A stretch of 64,000 nucleotides of DNA from Phoronis australis (lineage: Eukaryota; Animalia; Phoronida), in assembly GCA_002633005.1 (NCBI GenBank), contig NMRA01000031.1, positions 210,888 through 274,887 of the forward strand. Direction: 5' to 3'. Under the pieces are notes generated by a model that did not search any database, was not told where the DNA came from, and worked only from the letters and a program-made list of their open reading frames with translations. A program made the translations under genes and the position numbers. Shown here piece by piece: positions 1 through 13,851 of the stretch (within the stretch, counting starts at the first letter, position 1; each line of letters opens with the position of its first letter).

Positions 1-14
1 ATGGAATTGGTTTT

Positions 15-330
15 GTGTGGTACCTCGAATGTATGTGCTAGCTCATTTTTGGGGGGTCCTTTTTTGGTTTCTGCCGGACCCATTCCAGAGTGCAATTTGT
101 CTGTCATGGGTCATTTGGTGTTCAGTGCGGTACTATTGTTCGTTTTAAATCAGTTTTGGTTGGTACCTCGAATATCTAGTCTAGCTCATTTTTTGGGCTC
201 TTTGTAAGGCCCCCAGGGGTCACACCCAGAGTGCAGACAACGGCAGACGTCCATTTCTGTACATACTGGGGTGGACTTTAAATGCTCCCGTGGTCAGATG
301 TTGGTACCTCGTTCATCTATGCTAAGTGCT
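15..330. repeat. ~141-bp period satellite-like repeat (TGGTACCTCG...CTAGCTCATTTTT)
   Basis: Motif at about 19, 161 and 302; probably internal units of a repeat element truncated by the window edge. Confidence 0.55.
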
Positions 331-3300
331 CTGGGCTGCCGGTCTAACTGTCTGCTATCTAACTCATGGACATGAGCCAGAAGCTGAGAGATTAATGAGA
401 TAGTGGACCTATGTATAAACACCACATGACACACACCAAAACATTCAGGTGTGAGGTAATCAAGCAACACAGAGGTTCATTAGCCCATGAGCTATACTAC
501 AGATGTAGGTCATGTCGACTCCAACGCCGCAAGGACCAATCCTAATACGATAAAGATGATTTTAGAAAAAAATTTACATATAAACCAATGTTCTCCACAA
601 CAGAAAATTCAAACTCCATGGACATTATAAAAAACCATGGACGTGTTCGCGTGTCAATGTCCATACTGTGTTGGAGAATATGTGTTAAGTCTTGGAATAA
701 ATGCATGGATCTCATACCTAAGGTATAAATGTCCTAATTTGCGATATCCCCATTCTTCCCTGCTTCAAACCCACTGCATGGGTTCTCAAAGTAGACGCAA
801 GTAAACCAAACTCGCAAACTTCAAACTCGACACAGCAATAAGTCAAAACAGGTTGCAGAGAACACTGTGAACTACTTCAGATTTTCCGAAATCATTTTCC
901 AAAACACAAGATATGTGCTGGGAGGATGTGGAGAATGCCAGCACTTGGAGATGATGGGGGAATGGGTCGGCCAAAATGAGGATATTTTGTATGCTTTTGA
1001 AAATGTCACTAATGTACTATAAACAATCCCCAACTAAAACGGCAAAAAATATTAGTTTCTTCCGTGAAAAAGTTGCTTTCTCAGTGAAACCAAAGGTGTG
1101 CTGTATGAAAAAGGCACCCTCGCACACAGTAGTTAACTGAAAATGGTTGTTAACCACATTATCATTACCTACTAACCCCTTGCTTTTGATAACTGAACCC
1201 TCACCTTATTTTAAGCACAGACAATCTTTACCTCAAACAGATATTTATCACACATCCAGCCACCCAGATTCATTTTGCTGTTATAGATCATGTCAGATTG
1301 CTAATTTCTAAATCTGATGACTGCTTTGCTGTCCCAGAAAAACAAAACAAATTTAATTGCAGGTTAATGTCTGCTCACAACGTCCCCCATTCGCATATCA
1401 TAATCAGCAGTGGCCAACTGAGGTCAGAAAGACTCAGTTGTATCCTACACAAGCACACAACTCCAATAACTAAGAGGTAAGAACCTTTGAGAGTGTTCAA
1501 CTCGCCATTACCACATTGCCATGTTCAATAACCTCAAAACGTGACTGTTGCATAATCCAACCAGGCACCCAATCTACATATTACATAATCTGCAAATCTT
1601 AAGTCAACCAGGTACTAAAATTAAGTGCAATTAACAATACAACAGTGGTCTTTCAAACAGAACCAGTTTTCTCACACCATTTAACTACTGCTCAAAGCAT
1701 AGCCTATTCATATACAATATTGTTGGCCATGAACCCCTGTTGATCACAGACTATCTAGAAGCCATGCACAAGGCCAATGCACAACTACACCAGTTAGTAG
1801 AAACAGCTACAAAAGACAAGAGAGACATGAATACTAGAAACAAATGTCAGTAGTTAGAACATTGCATCTTCTCTCCACTGCAAATACAGCTACCAACAGA
1901 AACCCAGCTAACTCATTGCTTCCATTAATTAAGCAGGGGATGATCAGGGGGTTACTTACAACATACAGCTGTTGCTTTTACATGGGATTCTAAAGTGTCA
2001 AGAAATAGGAAAAACAAAATGGAATGAAGGAGTTGAGAGTTAAATGGCTTGGTCTGAAACAGTATGAAAACTCAGTAAACACAAATTATCTGACCTTAGA
2101 TTTAAGGAACTGTAAACCTGCCTTCTGTCACAGAATAACTTGTAACTTAGACCATTTCCAATTTTAAATACAGGTATCATATTGCCTCTTACTGGAACAC
2201 TGCAAGTAGTGATTCATGGACATGTAAGAGCTGTGTTTATTTTTTAGTCTTAAGAGCAATAACAGTCTGTTCCTGCTGAGCTGAGGCATCACTTGCACAC
2301 TGATAATGAACTAGCACAGAGCAGGAGTGTGCTGTCCATAGAGACGAGATTCTGGCAAAAATGCAAAAACATGCAAGACTTTTCAAGATATCGTGACGTG
2401 ACGTATTACAAGTTAAGCACATGATCACACAAGCTTTCTTCGTAAGGCTGCCATGTTTATGGAACTTGGCATGGTAAGCTGTCTGAATCAAATGATTTTT
2501 TTCATAGAAGGTAGGTTTATAGCAAGGCAACACCATCAAAATCAATAAGGATCGACGTTGAGAAATGGAAACAAGGAGTAGGGTAAGACAGGGTAAATGT
2601 GACACACACCCACGGGTGTTAACCTGGCTGTGAGGCTATAATGCGATGTTAAACAGGCAAAGAGGTAAGAAAGCAATTGGACAGCTTTACAAACCAATTG
2701 TATGTACAGTGCGCCGAGTCAAACATGCACAAAACACAAACAATTCGTACATCAGACAAGACATGGAACCCACACTTCCACTATATTGCGATGTAACTGT
2801 CATAAGTTGACTCATCACTATGAACACAGCTTATGTGGACACTGCCTTTTGATTAATACTTCAATGAGAAAGCAATTAGCGCATATAAAATATTGATTAT
2901 AATTTCGCATTGCAGGCAATTCACAGACAGGATGCATGAAAGAGCCACCTTTTAATGAATACTTGCTCCAAAAGAGTGATATTACTACGAAGCAATTCAG
3001 ATGTGCCACTCTGGAGGTTAAGACAAATAAACCAAGAGGTGCGGTGTAGAACATGGACCTTCTTGACAAGCCGCAACAACATGAGAAGAAGCAGTCTATA
3101 CAGCTATCATCAATAGAGATGTGAGTTCCATGCGCAAACTGAAACAAATATTCGTACTCGTTTACTAATCTCAGAGGTCTCCTTAAGGGCAGTTTCTGGC
3201 TTTGTCGGCTCGCCTAACTTTCGCCCCATACAGTTGATCAGATCTGCCGCCATGCCGACGACCTCCTACAAAGGCAAGGGTCACGTCTTTTAGAAAACAC

Positions 3301-4609
3301 CTTGAAAAGGAGCGACGTAACACACTGTCCTTGACTGTCAAGTGAACGAAGCCTGTTTTTGAGTAGAGCTATGACATAGATAATAATCCCTACACCTGAG
3401 CAGTAAACAAATTTCTGCACTAGATTTACAGCTAGTTTGAAGTTTCCAGTCTACAACACTGAAACAATGAATGATAGATGCATAAAAATATCACATAATA
3501 GTAGTGCAATGTTACAGTACAATAGTTTCATCCATTCACCACTTTGATGTATGTAAACAATATATATAGACCACACAACATCCATCAACAGGGGTTCATC
3601 ATAAGAACGTGGCCTTTAATTGAACAACACAGCAAGACGAGAAGATATATTCCTCAACTTGAGCAAAGTTCCTTTTAATAATATGGCATTGGTAGTAGTG
3701 AAGTACATGCTAACATTTTCTTATAATACCTATTAATTATTTTGATGCTTTGTGAGCAACAGTCTTTTCAGAGAACCACCAAAGTTAAAAAATTTTGCAG
3801 TGAGATGCCGTAAGTCAAATCCAATAGCAGATGAAACAAAGAACTATTGACTGAGTGACGACTTTAAAATAAGCACAAAATGACACACGTATGCCTGTAT
3901 AACACTGTGAAAGGTTCTTTTTGTATCATGCCATCCGCTGCAAAGTGGTATCACTTCCTTTTACCAAGAGGAGGCAGCACTGGTTATGTGTACCAGAGTG
4001 AACAGTGCTTTGTGCCAACTTTACACAGAAGGTGGCAATAAAGTAATCCAAAGCCCTTAAATGTGCACAGCCACGTATACATATTTTAAACAATTTGAAG
4101 ACGTTATCGCACACTTGCCAGTCAAGTAAATTACCTTGTATCTCTCAACCCAAAGCATTCCATTGTTAAGTTTGCAATGAAGACGTGGTATTGTCACATT
4201 TCACAGCATGTTATGTTTTCAAAGGCTAACCAAGTACATTAGCTTTTATCACATTCCCAAAACAGTACCCCTCCTTTCCAAAAAGGACACTCAAAGGACC
4301 CTTTTTTCGAAACATCGTTTTAACGTGATAAACAGATTTCCAATGCAAGCCTTTTGCAAATAGTCAGAAACTCCTAAAGGGAAATTACACAAAGACTACC
4401 AACAGGAACAAGCCAAAGTGACATCACATTTAATACTTACAAACACAGACAAAACATTCTAATTACAAAACATAACCAAGGCTCCACGTTCACCTCAGAG
4501 GAAAGGTGTCTGTGCCTTCTGAGGGGAATCCCACCCTTTGGTCGCTATCAATTCCACCTCCAGATGAGGGGAATTTCACACGATTTTTAAATCACAAACA
4601 TTTTCAAGT

Positions 4610-4745
4610 ATGGTCTGCACGCCACCTATTCGCCCCATCACTGACCTAATGAACATAAGTCTGAAAAATCAGCCTCCAACCGGGGCTCGAACCCAGGACC
4701 TTCTGCTAACCGTGCAGATGGTCTAGCCACTGAGCCATCAGGACC
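4610..4745 (-). mobile_element. tRNA-derived SINE (or tRNA pseudogene) head
   Basis: Minus strand GGTCCTGATGGCTCAGTGGCTAGACCATCTGCACGGTTAGCAGAAGGTCCTGGGTTCGAGCCCCGG: A box, B box, paired anticodon and T stems, but poor acceptor stem and non-canonical anticodon loop. The 3' extent is approximate. Confidence 0.65.
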
Positions 4746-4990
4746 ACTGGTCAAATAATCAGACTCGGCAGTGGGCATCCTGCCCATATATTTAAATATA
4801 TGATTTTTAAACATTTTTCATAGGGGGAAAGAGGTATTCGCTTCCAAATCTAGGGAAACGAGGTCTCTGAAACCTATGCTCACCCAAACCCCTGTAACGC
4901 CCACACAGCTCCAGTCTCATGGCCCTTAAAGACACAGTCTAATTATGACACAAGTACTACCCCCAGCCAACCCCCGTCATGCATTCCTAC

Positions 4991-7900
4991 CTTCAATGCT
5001 CCACACAGCTCAACCGTCTCACAGTCCTGCACAACCACCAATCGGAAGTAGTCAGTCTGCAGAAGATCCTTCAGTAGCATACCGTGGCCTAAGTCCAGCG
5101 CACCTGAGGATCAGGTAACATATACTAGTAACTAATGTCAAACAAATGCCAACTAGCAATATCACCACTGACACCAGTTTGTTTCATGGAATAACCACAC
5201 TCTGGCCATGTACATATCAGGACATAGCTCTGAATGGGCAGTGTTTCAGTGAGTGACTGGTTCTGTCACCACTTGAGAACTTGAATCAGCAACAAAAGTG
5301 TTAAGAGTATATTTGCTACAGATCAAAGGAAGGTTTCTCTGACACATACATGCGCACACACACACACACATGCAGACACACACACATGCACACACACATG
5401 CACACACACACACACACACACTGTGTATTGCATATTTTGTTTTGCGATGAGATTCTACTTTAAATGCNTGCACACACACACACATGCACACACACATGCA
5501 CATGCACACACACACATGCACACACACATGCATACACACACATGCACACACATACAAACACACGCAGTAGTCACTAAGAGACATTTGAGGCTGCGTAAAA
5601 TTCATGGTGCTTTGCAAATTATTAAGAATACTGCAAGCCTTGTAAACTACTGTAATTAGGTATCAGTGTAGAGTAGACAGACTGTAGTTGTTGCAATTCA
5701 AAGAATTCAATCAGAAACCAAAGTCCAAAGCCCATGTTGTTGGGCAGCCTATGAATGCATGTAGTAAAGCCAATTCTTGAACATGCATGAATCAATATGA
5801 GGGACACTGTAGCTTAGATGTTTGAGGTACACACATGGATGTACACCTGTCAACACTCACCTATAGTGGCCTCACAGTAGTTCTCAGCAGCAACCTCTGG
5901 TGCCAGATTAGCCCCCATCAGTACATTACAATCTATCTCCAGGTTATTCTTGATGACATCTGAGATCAGCTGTAGACCCCCGCCCTCCTTCACATCCAAG
6001 CCCTGGGAGTCAGAAATACACCTTAATTATCGGTAGTATTCCGAAATATGGATCATGCAAATTTTAAGTATTTCAGTCGATAAAGGGTTATTTATCCAAA
6101 ATTAGCACAGCAAAATATCCACTAGAGGGTGCCACAATAGTCCAAACTGCCCAGACTGGTACAGTGTTGTCAGATAACTCTGCAGAATATGTTGAATCAA
6201 GTCGCCTCCTTAATAGATACCTATTTTCTATGCTTCAAGAAAATCAATCAAGGAACTCCCACTATACAGACCCCAAAGTAAAAAACAAAATTGCCACTAG
6301 GGGGCACAATGGTAGTTAGATCCATCCAAAAAATAATCTCATGTCATCCCATCCATGATAGAAACATGTCTGCAAAATTTCACAAACGTCCATCCACTAC
6401 GTGTTTTTGAGATACGGTGGTCAGACAAATTTGTTGGTATTATGCTGGAAGGAAGTCCCTCACTTTAGCTACAGGGTAGGTAGTTTTCTGGCATGGCATC
6501 TATACCAACATAGAAAAACCCACTTTGCGAATGCCTTCAGGTGGGGCTTCAAACTCTCAAGCTAGCTATGCAGAGGCTGCCTACATTACTAACGCTCTTA
6601 GTCTCCAGCTTCATTGGGGTCTGCTGGAAATGATAAGTATAGTTGGATAGCCCCATATTGTCTTTCTCTAGTTCAATGACTTTCTAGGCAACACAGCTGT
6701 GTTGAATAAGGGATAAGATATTTCCCATTGGCTAGTGGTCCAGGTATCCTTTTTAAGCTATTACAACAATTATACCACACTTCTAAAGATTTACCATTTA
6801 TTCAACCATGGCCACTCACAAGGAGTTACCAAACAAAAGGTGCAGAGGTTTGTGGTCATAAATTCACAATGATGTTAACCAGCAGTACCAGACTACTAGG
6901 ACCTCTAAGTTGTTGTAACAATACAGGGTAGAATACTCAACCAGATATAGTTGTAATACAAAGTCCTGGTAGCCATGAACAATAGCAGCCCTCTAAAACA
7001 GACTCAGTATGCACTGGCAGCCTACAAAACACACCTTCATTCTTTGCTTAAAAAGTATGTGACAATATTTTCGACTATATCCTGCTGGGCATCGCCTAAG
7101 CTGATTTCATAGCTCCCAGCAGTGCTATCTGGCCAAATACAATAAAAGAGTATCCAACAAATGATACAATTAACTAGAGAAGTGCCAACTACTTGCTACA
7201 GCGTATCATGAGATGGTGGAATTGCATGGAGTCAAATGTATATTGGCTCGGTAGAAACATACACCTCTACAAACCCCTGTTTACATCCTTCGACAAGAAA
7301 TACAAGCCAACCACCTAATTTTTGCAATACTACCTGACAGGTAACAAAAGCATTGAAATGCACTTAAGACTGCACAGAAAACAGTATACTTGACAGGTGT
7401 CTATAAATATCCTAAAAAATGGTTATTAGGTGTCGCAGAATACGTTGAACCTGTCCGAAAATGGAAAGGTGTCATCTTGTCTAATGGAAAGCGATTTGTC
7501 AAGTTTCCTGAAAACCTGTCCATGAACTTCAAAGATAAAGAGGCAATCGTGACAAAAACAAATTCCCATGATGTGGCAGTCTACCAAAAAGGTTATCTAT
7601 ACAGAAGCACAGAATTCTATTGCAAAGACTTGTGATTATCAAGGGGTTAACATATGCAATGAAATAAATCGACAAAATTATATCATGCCCAGGCCCTTTA
7701 GAGAACGCCCACCATGTCCCAATGTCTGGAGCAGAAAGCCCGATGAAGAGTCGAGACACAAATCTTTATCTTAATAACATGATACCAGAGGCAAGCTGGC
7801 CAGAACATCACGGGAGTAGAGCAGGTGTTACATTATAGACTTCAGTATTAGTTTTATTTTGTTTGACATCTTTCTTAAGAAATAGGAATAGCTAGACTAG

Positions 7901-10900
7901 GCCTACTGCTTTTCATGTTGAACAAGAAATTTTGGCCCAGATTTAGTGACTTAGGTTGTACCCTTGACTGTCTTACTATAGGCTGTAGAGTATAAGTCAA
8001 TGTCGCGCATAGATATGAAAGAAAATGTCCCTAAACAAATATTTAATATAAAGAGGCTAGCTGCTCAAGGCATTAAACAAAATAAATTGGATGCTCATAT
8101 TGGTACGAAAATAATTAACCCTTTCAGCTTTTCCTTAAGGCTGCCAGAACAAAGAAATCTACTTTTTTAAAATATCATAGCAGTAGGTCCTGAGGATGCC
8201 ATCTTACTTGAAAATCAAAAACAATTAATGCTCAACACTGCGAATTCCATATGGAGCTTCCAAAAAATACATATGTAGTTTTTGATAAATCTAAGAAACC
8301 CCAAAACTATTCACAGGCTAAAAACCACATATCGATACTTATATTAATATTAATATAGGAAGATCCGCCCAAACGCAACCAAAACAGAGGACCCACCTCT
8401 CTGGCGAGGGTTTCTATATTAATATAGAAGGCCACGCCCAAAGATGATCAAAGCGCACGACCTTGTATATTAGTGCAGGCAACCCACCCGAAAGCAACCG
8501 AAGAGCGTGGCGCCTATATTGATATAGGAAGCTGTATCCGTAAACGACAGAAAAGTGGGTCTGTAATAATACAGGGAGCCACGCTCTTCAGTCGATATTT
8601 ACACAAGGACCCCACTTCTGACACCCAAAATTGAATTTATTGCTTACGTCATTTTAATAAGAATGAGACATTTAATAAAAACAGATTCCCATCTCTGTCT
8701 CTCTCTATTGGTTGCTAATTAAATAAAACCATCATTCACCTTAATAAGAGACACAGCCATAGCTGTTGGCTTTACAACACCCTTCAGCTGTTTACAAATG
8801 TTCTTAACGAACTGGTGGGGTAGAACGAACACTAGAACATCTGCGTTCTTTGCTGCCTCTTTGACATCTGGTATAGCTACCTGGAATTACAGTGAAAACA
8901 GTTTTATTATCCAACTCATACTACTCAATAGTTTACAACTGCTCATAAAATTAATCATTAAATCCACTCGTTTTAACAATTATTGTCATCAAAAATATTG
9001 TTTGAACTCGGATCATTTACAGCTAGATAAGGGAAAACAAAAATGACAAAACGCGTTATGGCTATCGAACCAACGAGAAATTTGTTGGTTCCAAGCCAGA
9101 ACATTAAATACGAGTTCCTAACGGGCAACACTGGCTTTGAACTAAGCGATACCTTCTTGAATCATTCACTCTGGTAATATACGAGACAGCTGGAAAGTTA
9201 CCACATGTAATCGCAGAATACTTGGCCTGATATTGAATGAGGCAGTGTATCTCAGTTGTATCTCACTCATGAATGAAGTTAAACACATACGAGACACATG
9301 CTGCCTCGTGAAATACTCGCAAATTCTTGAAGGAATGGCCAAACATAAATATTTTATTCCATTTCATTGTGAACAACACAGATTGCAATAGAACAAAGAC
9401 CCAACCCCCTATGATTTATAGTTTTAATAGCTCTCTACCTCAATAAATATTAATAAGAGAGTTATACTATGAAAATAAAAAGTAGCCCCCCCCCCCTCTT
9501 GACAGTGGCATTTGACAGTATTTCGTTAAGACATGCACTCCACAGTAACACAGGTGAGAGCTGCAGGACGTTGCCATAATTCCTAAACACCCACATTAGT
9601 GACCCAGTTATTCTGTCAATCAAGTTCCCTTCAGGTCAATGCTAAAGCAAACAGATAAAGCCCCACACTGTAACTATGATAGCCTAAAATTCGCAAGGGC
9701 GACAGAAATTTGAAATATGCTAAAGCATTATTAATGCCTCAAGTCACACACAACTTTTGATGGCACAATTCACATTTTGGTACATTTTACACTTACTACA
9801 TTCGTTGGTAGTTTGTGCCCTGGTAGATACTTGACGTTCTCGTGGTCTGTGTTAATTATTTCCGTCAACTTTCTATCATTGACCGTCTCCTCAAAGACAT
9901 ACATGTTCACCTGGTCGGCGAATCTGTCTTTCTTGATCACATTTCTACCCACTATTTTGGCAATAGCTGAGCCCCTGAAATGAAAAGGTGACAGCTTATA
10001 ACCAACAAATTTTATTAATAGTAATAATTGATAATTTTGTTCATTGACAGTAAATCTCCAAAAAGAAAAGGGTCATTCATCAAAAATAATGGAAATATTT
10101 TACACGGAAAAATGTTTTTCTCTATGAAAATAAACATACATGAAAGGAGCATTTTACAGTTTTCATAACGGACGTGACATTAATAACTTAAAATGCACAA
10201 GTGAAAGTTAGGATAACTGTCTAATTAGGAATAGTAACCATCTCAAGTTTGGGAGGAGGCAGTGTGGCCTGGTTGATAAGTGCCCGCTTTCTTTACTCGA
10301 GGTCGTGGGTTCAAGTCCCACCATGTCACACTGCTAAACCCTTGAGCCAGGTTTCCAGCTCCTCAGCTCGGTTTTAACCACATATTAATAAAGCATAAAA
10401 ATATTTCCAGGTGATCAGTGCAATGGGCCCACATGCGAGGCCTGCGCACGTCTGATACAACGTGTATCAGACCGCCTGCAATTATTTTTTTATATTTTTT
10501 TTATCTCAAGTTTGGTAACTGACATGATCAAAATGGACACACACATTACAAAACTTGACATTTACTCAAAAATCTACTCTCCCTATATTAGCATATTCAA
10601 TTAAGACTGAAATGCAGACTTTACATTTACATTCTTATAAAGTTCTAAAGTACATATTTGACTTTAAAAATAGTATTTTGGTAACAGATTTAGCCGTAAC
10701 GAATGCGAGATTTTGTCCATTCTTACAGCATACGAGCACTGCCTATAGCATAGAGATGTGTGCACAAATACGTTAAACAAGACAGTGGGCACAAATTATC
10801 ACTTTGTACAATCTACCTTAGAGCTGAATTTAACATGTGCTTTACCAGTCTAAATACAAAAAGTATTGCCCCAACTGACCATAGACATCTAACATATTTT

Positions 10901-13393
10901 CAGATTCAGTTTCATTAGCAACTTCTGCTCTGAGAATTAAATCATAGATCATAGTTTTGTCATTTTTGAAATCTGAAACCTTACTTTAGTTCAAAACATC
11001 TTCCCTTTAATGCTATTCATGTTCTTTTTTTTCATTATATGTGTACACTAACGTAATGAAATTTAATCATAAACATCATGAAAGTGGATTTTTGGTCATA
11101 TACTACATTTTATATGCTTTTCAAAACTTTTACATTTGTGTTCACAAAACTAAAATTATTCAAGTTACTCTCTAAAGCCAAATGTCAAATCAGTTCCTAT
11201 CCTTTTTAAAATCTGTTACTAAATTACAAATGTTTTCTTTTTTGTGCACAATATTACTACCACATACTTCAAGAGGAAATTCATTTAAAGATTTTGATTT
11301 TTTTAACAACCACAATTCCTTAAAATAAAACTTGTCACTCAAAAAGTAACAAACCGTGACCTTGACATTCACCAGTGTTCACCTAAGTGCTAAAATCAAT
11401 AAGCATGTTCTACAACATTTCCTTTGAGTTACAAATGCTGTGTCCTGATAACTTCTGTTCCAATATTTTTATTTATCCCACGCGCGTTGAATCTGTTGAG
11501 GGAAATACGGCCATGAAATAGAGTTCTCGGTATTCACCTCCCGCACTACTTCAACAGCGACCTCTGACATGGAAAGTTTAAAAGGTATGTAAATGTCGAC
11601 TTGACGTCTTCAGTCGGTTCGATCATCAAACTTTCCGAATAATAGCTTAAAATAATGCAGTTGCAACAGTGTAACTAACACTCGACATGCATCCAGGCCC
11701 TAAGCGTAAAATCTGGAACAAAACTGGTAATTGTAAGACACTTATGTCTCAGTTTTCAATTGCTGAATACTATATCGTCTGCAACTCAGGCGCCAATTCC
11801 TAGGAAATTAAAATATCAAATATTGTTGTTTTTTAGCTAGTTCCAGATGTTACAAGTTCACTGATCAGTTGCCGTTGTTTTCATCTTTGATCTACCTCTT
11901 TTCAAGAAATAAAATCGTTACTTTTAAAACTGTTTCTTTTACAAGAGAAAACTTGCAACCTAACGCGCAAGTACATAGTCACATAGGATGCGACCCGCCA
12001 TGTCAACAGTCTGGGTGAAGTATTAGAAAAATCTGCCGAAAAAATGTAAGAAACTTAGGAATTCGAAGCGCATAATGTCTTGTGGGATATTACTTCACGT
12101 ACGCCACTCTCGGTTCGTTTTGTGTATTTATTTACAAAAATTACAAAATATGTGCAAAAGTGCAAATACAAACATTAATCACACAAAAATAAGTTAAACA
12201 ACATTCTCTTACGTAATTCAATAGATACCTTAGTTCAAAAATCTTATCTCTATATTAACTTTGACATTTTCAACCCCACACACCAAATAGAGAAATACAC
12301 TGAAAATGTCATTTGCTTAGTCATGCTCCGAAATCACAATACCTAAATTGAAGCAGGGGCGTACATTTCATACAAGACATCATTCTAACAATATTTAGAT
12401 TTTTAACTTCAAGCTGAACTTGAAGTTGTCAAATGCAAATTAAAGAAGACAGATTAAATTGTTTATCAAATCGCGTTTGATATAAAAAACAAACTTTAAA
12501 CCACTATAAAATTGATCTCAACTTCTTCTTTCAGATGAGATGGGATTTCTGGGTTTGTAACTAAAAACTGACAGGTCGCTATTCCTTGACACTATGCTCA
12601 GAGCATAACATGACTTTCAATGACAAGCCTACTTGTATAGCATGATCTCGAATAGTAATAAACTGAAAGTTGTTCTGAAGCCTTGAAATCACTTCCAATT
12701 TGACCAAGGAATAATTTAAGACTAAGTCATAACGTTAAATGGTCTAAAATCAAAATCATTTCTGTTATGGAAGGCAGCTACATAGTCACTCTAATGAAAA
12801 CAGGAAAGAGAACAAAATTATAAGGGTTTGACCTTGAACTTTTCTGTAGAGTTCTTGACAAGAGCAGAAAATAGTTGTTCACAACAAAAGATCCATATTT
12901 GTCTGAGTGTGACTAAGCTTCTACGACGTATACTAGTAGTAAGAAAAAGTTAAAAAACACACATATCTCGAGTTAATCCAGTTAGTAATGAAAGTCATTT
13001 TAAGTTTCGCAACCAAAGATAAGTGATTAATGACAGAAATGAAACAGTGCAGTGAATGAAATGATTGCCAGACTGTACTGATTTACTCAGCCTCAGTCTA
13101 CTACAGGTGTAAACATAATCCACCAATAACCAGAAAGCCCTCAAGACAATTCGACAATGTCACTACATATGACAACATTTTCACCAAAAACGAATGCATT
13201 TCTAGCAAGTACTTGTGCCTACGTATATCGTTGCTCCGTGCTGAATCCTCAAATATGTCAGTTGTCAGAAAGACTAACCAACACAAGACTCACGAGCTGC
13301 TACATGCCATGCCCCCTGATTACAGACGAAAGCTGTTTACCAATTTCCAGAGCCAACAATGCACACTCGTATAGGTGAAGCCGTTTCCGACAT
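4991..13393 (-). CDS. GPD1: Glycerol-3-phosphate dehydrogenase [NAD+], cytosolic; 5' part (exons 1-5), remaining exons not found in the window
   Basis: GT-AG, phase-consistent exons: 13393-13341 ([18 protein letters not shown], Rossmann GxGxxG start), 9974-9797 ([12 protein letters not shown]...[16 protein letters not shown]), 8880-8740 (VAIPDV...VFVLPHQFV...AVSLIK), 6002-5861 ([17 protein letters not shown]...[21 protein letters not shown]), 5103-4991 (...VELCGALK with the catalytic Lys). No further GPD1 exon (expected to begin NIVA..GAG) was found in 1-4990. Confidence 0.95.
5342..5565. repeat. Imperfect (CA)n/CATGCA microsatellites flanking an assembly N (5468)
   Basis: Directly visible. 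Confidence 0.95.
6100..6430 (-). mobile_element. Internal fragment of the same HINE-like family in a GPD1 intron
   Basis: Shares CCACTAGAGGG, CTCCTTAATAGATACCTATT, AATTGCCACTAGGGGGCAC and GCAAAATTTCA motifs with 46066-47762. Confidence 0.5.
8345..8590. repeat. Degenerate ~50-65-bp tandem repeat (TATATTAATATAGGAAG...CGCCCAAA)
   Basis: 4-5 diverged copies in a GPD1 intron. Confidence 0.55.
10256..10380 (+). mobile_element. Degenerate tRNA-derived SINE
   Basis: A-box-like TGGCCTGGTTG and B box GGTTCAAGTCC, followed by CCCTTGAGCCAGG resembling a SINE core; no intact cloverleaf. Confidence 0.55.
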
Positions 13394-13851
13394 CCTCCTT
13401 GAGTATCGCCGAGCGAGTCTACAGATTACTATGAATGCCGAACCCAGTCTGCCCTATTTTAAGCGAACTTCGCACTGACATGGATAACTGATAAACGAAA
13501 GATTGCCCCAGTCGCACCCCGGAAATTAACTTGGAACTGTGGGTAGGTCATAGCCTCAATAAAATACAAACAAGATTTATGTTGTTACATCATAATCACT
13601 TTTCTATTGAGAAGATCGTAAAATTTAGTTGACAATTTTATTATTGTTTTCGTAGTAAACGAGTATTTTGGTCCGATGTGGCAATATCGTTGTACATCCA
13701 CGTGAGCTGTGACGTCAACTGTCGTCATCGTTGTAAATAAAGACTGGAAAATTTTTCTGACGAAGCATTATCAATATACATCAAATAGCGTTGTTTACCC
13801 AACGTGTTTTTCAATTCGTTTGAACGTATGATGCTTTAAACTGTTGTGAGT
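13394..13851. promoter_or_regulatory. Probable bidirectional promoter shared by GPD1 (-) and the TAX1BP1-like gene (+), with a non-coding first exon ending at donor 13846
   Basis: GPD1 ATG at 13393; + strand GTGAGT donor at 13846-13851; ETS-like CCGGAA near 13519, E-box CACGTG 13699-13704, full CRE TGACGTCA 13710-13717, FOXO-type TTGTTTAC 13791-13798; locally CpG-richer. Confidence 0.6.

Noticed and set aside
4664-4745. Functional tRNA-Thr(GGT)
   Set aside because: Acceptor stem pairs poorly and the anticodon loop lacks U33 and purine 37; better explained as a SINE head or pseudogene.
5246-5659. Cys/Val- and His/Thr-rich ORFs
   Set aside because: (CA)n microsatellite spanning an N.
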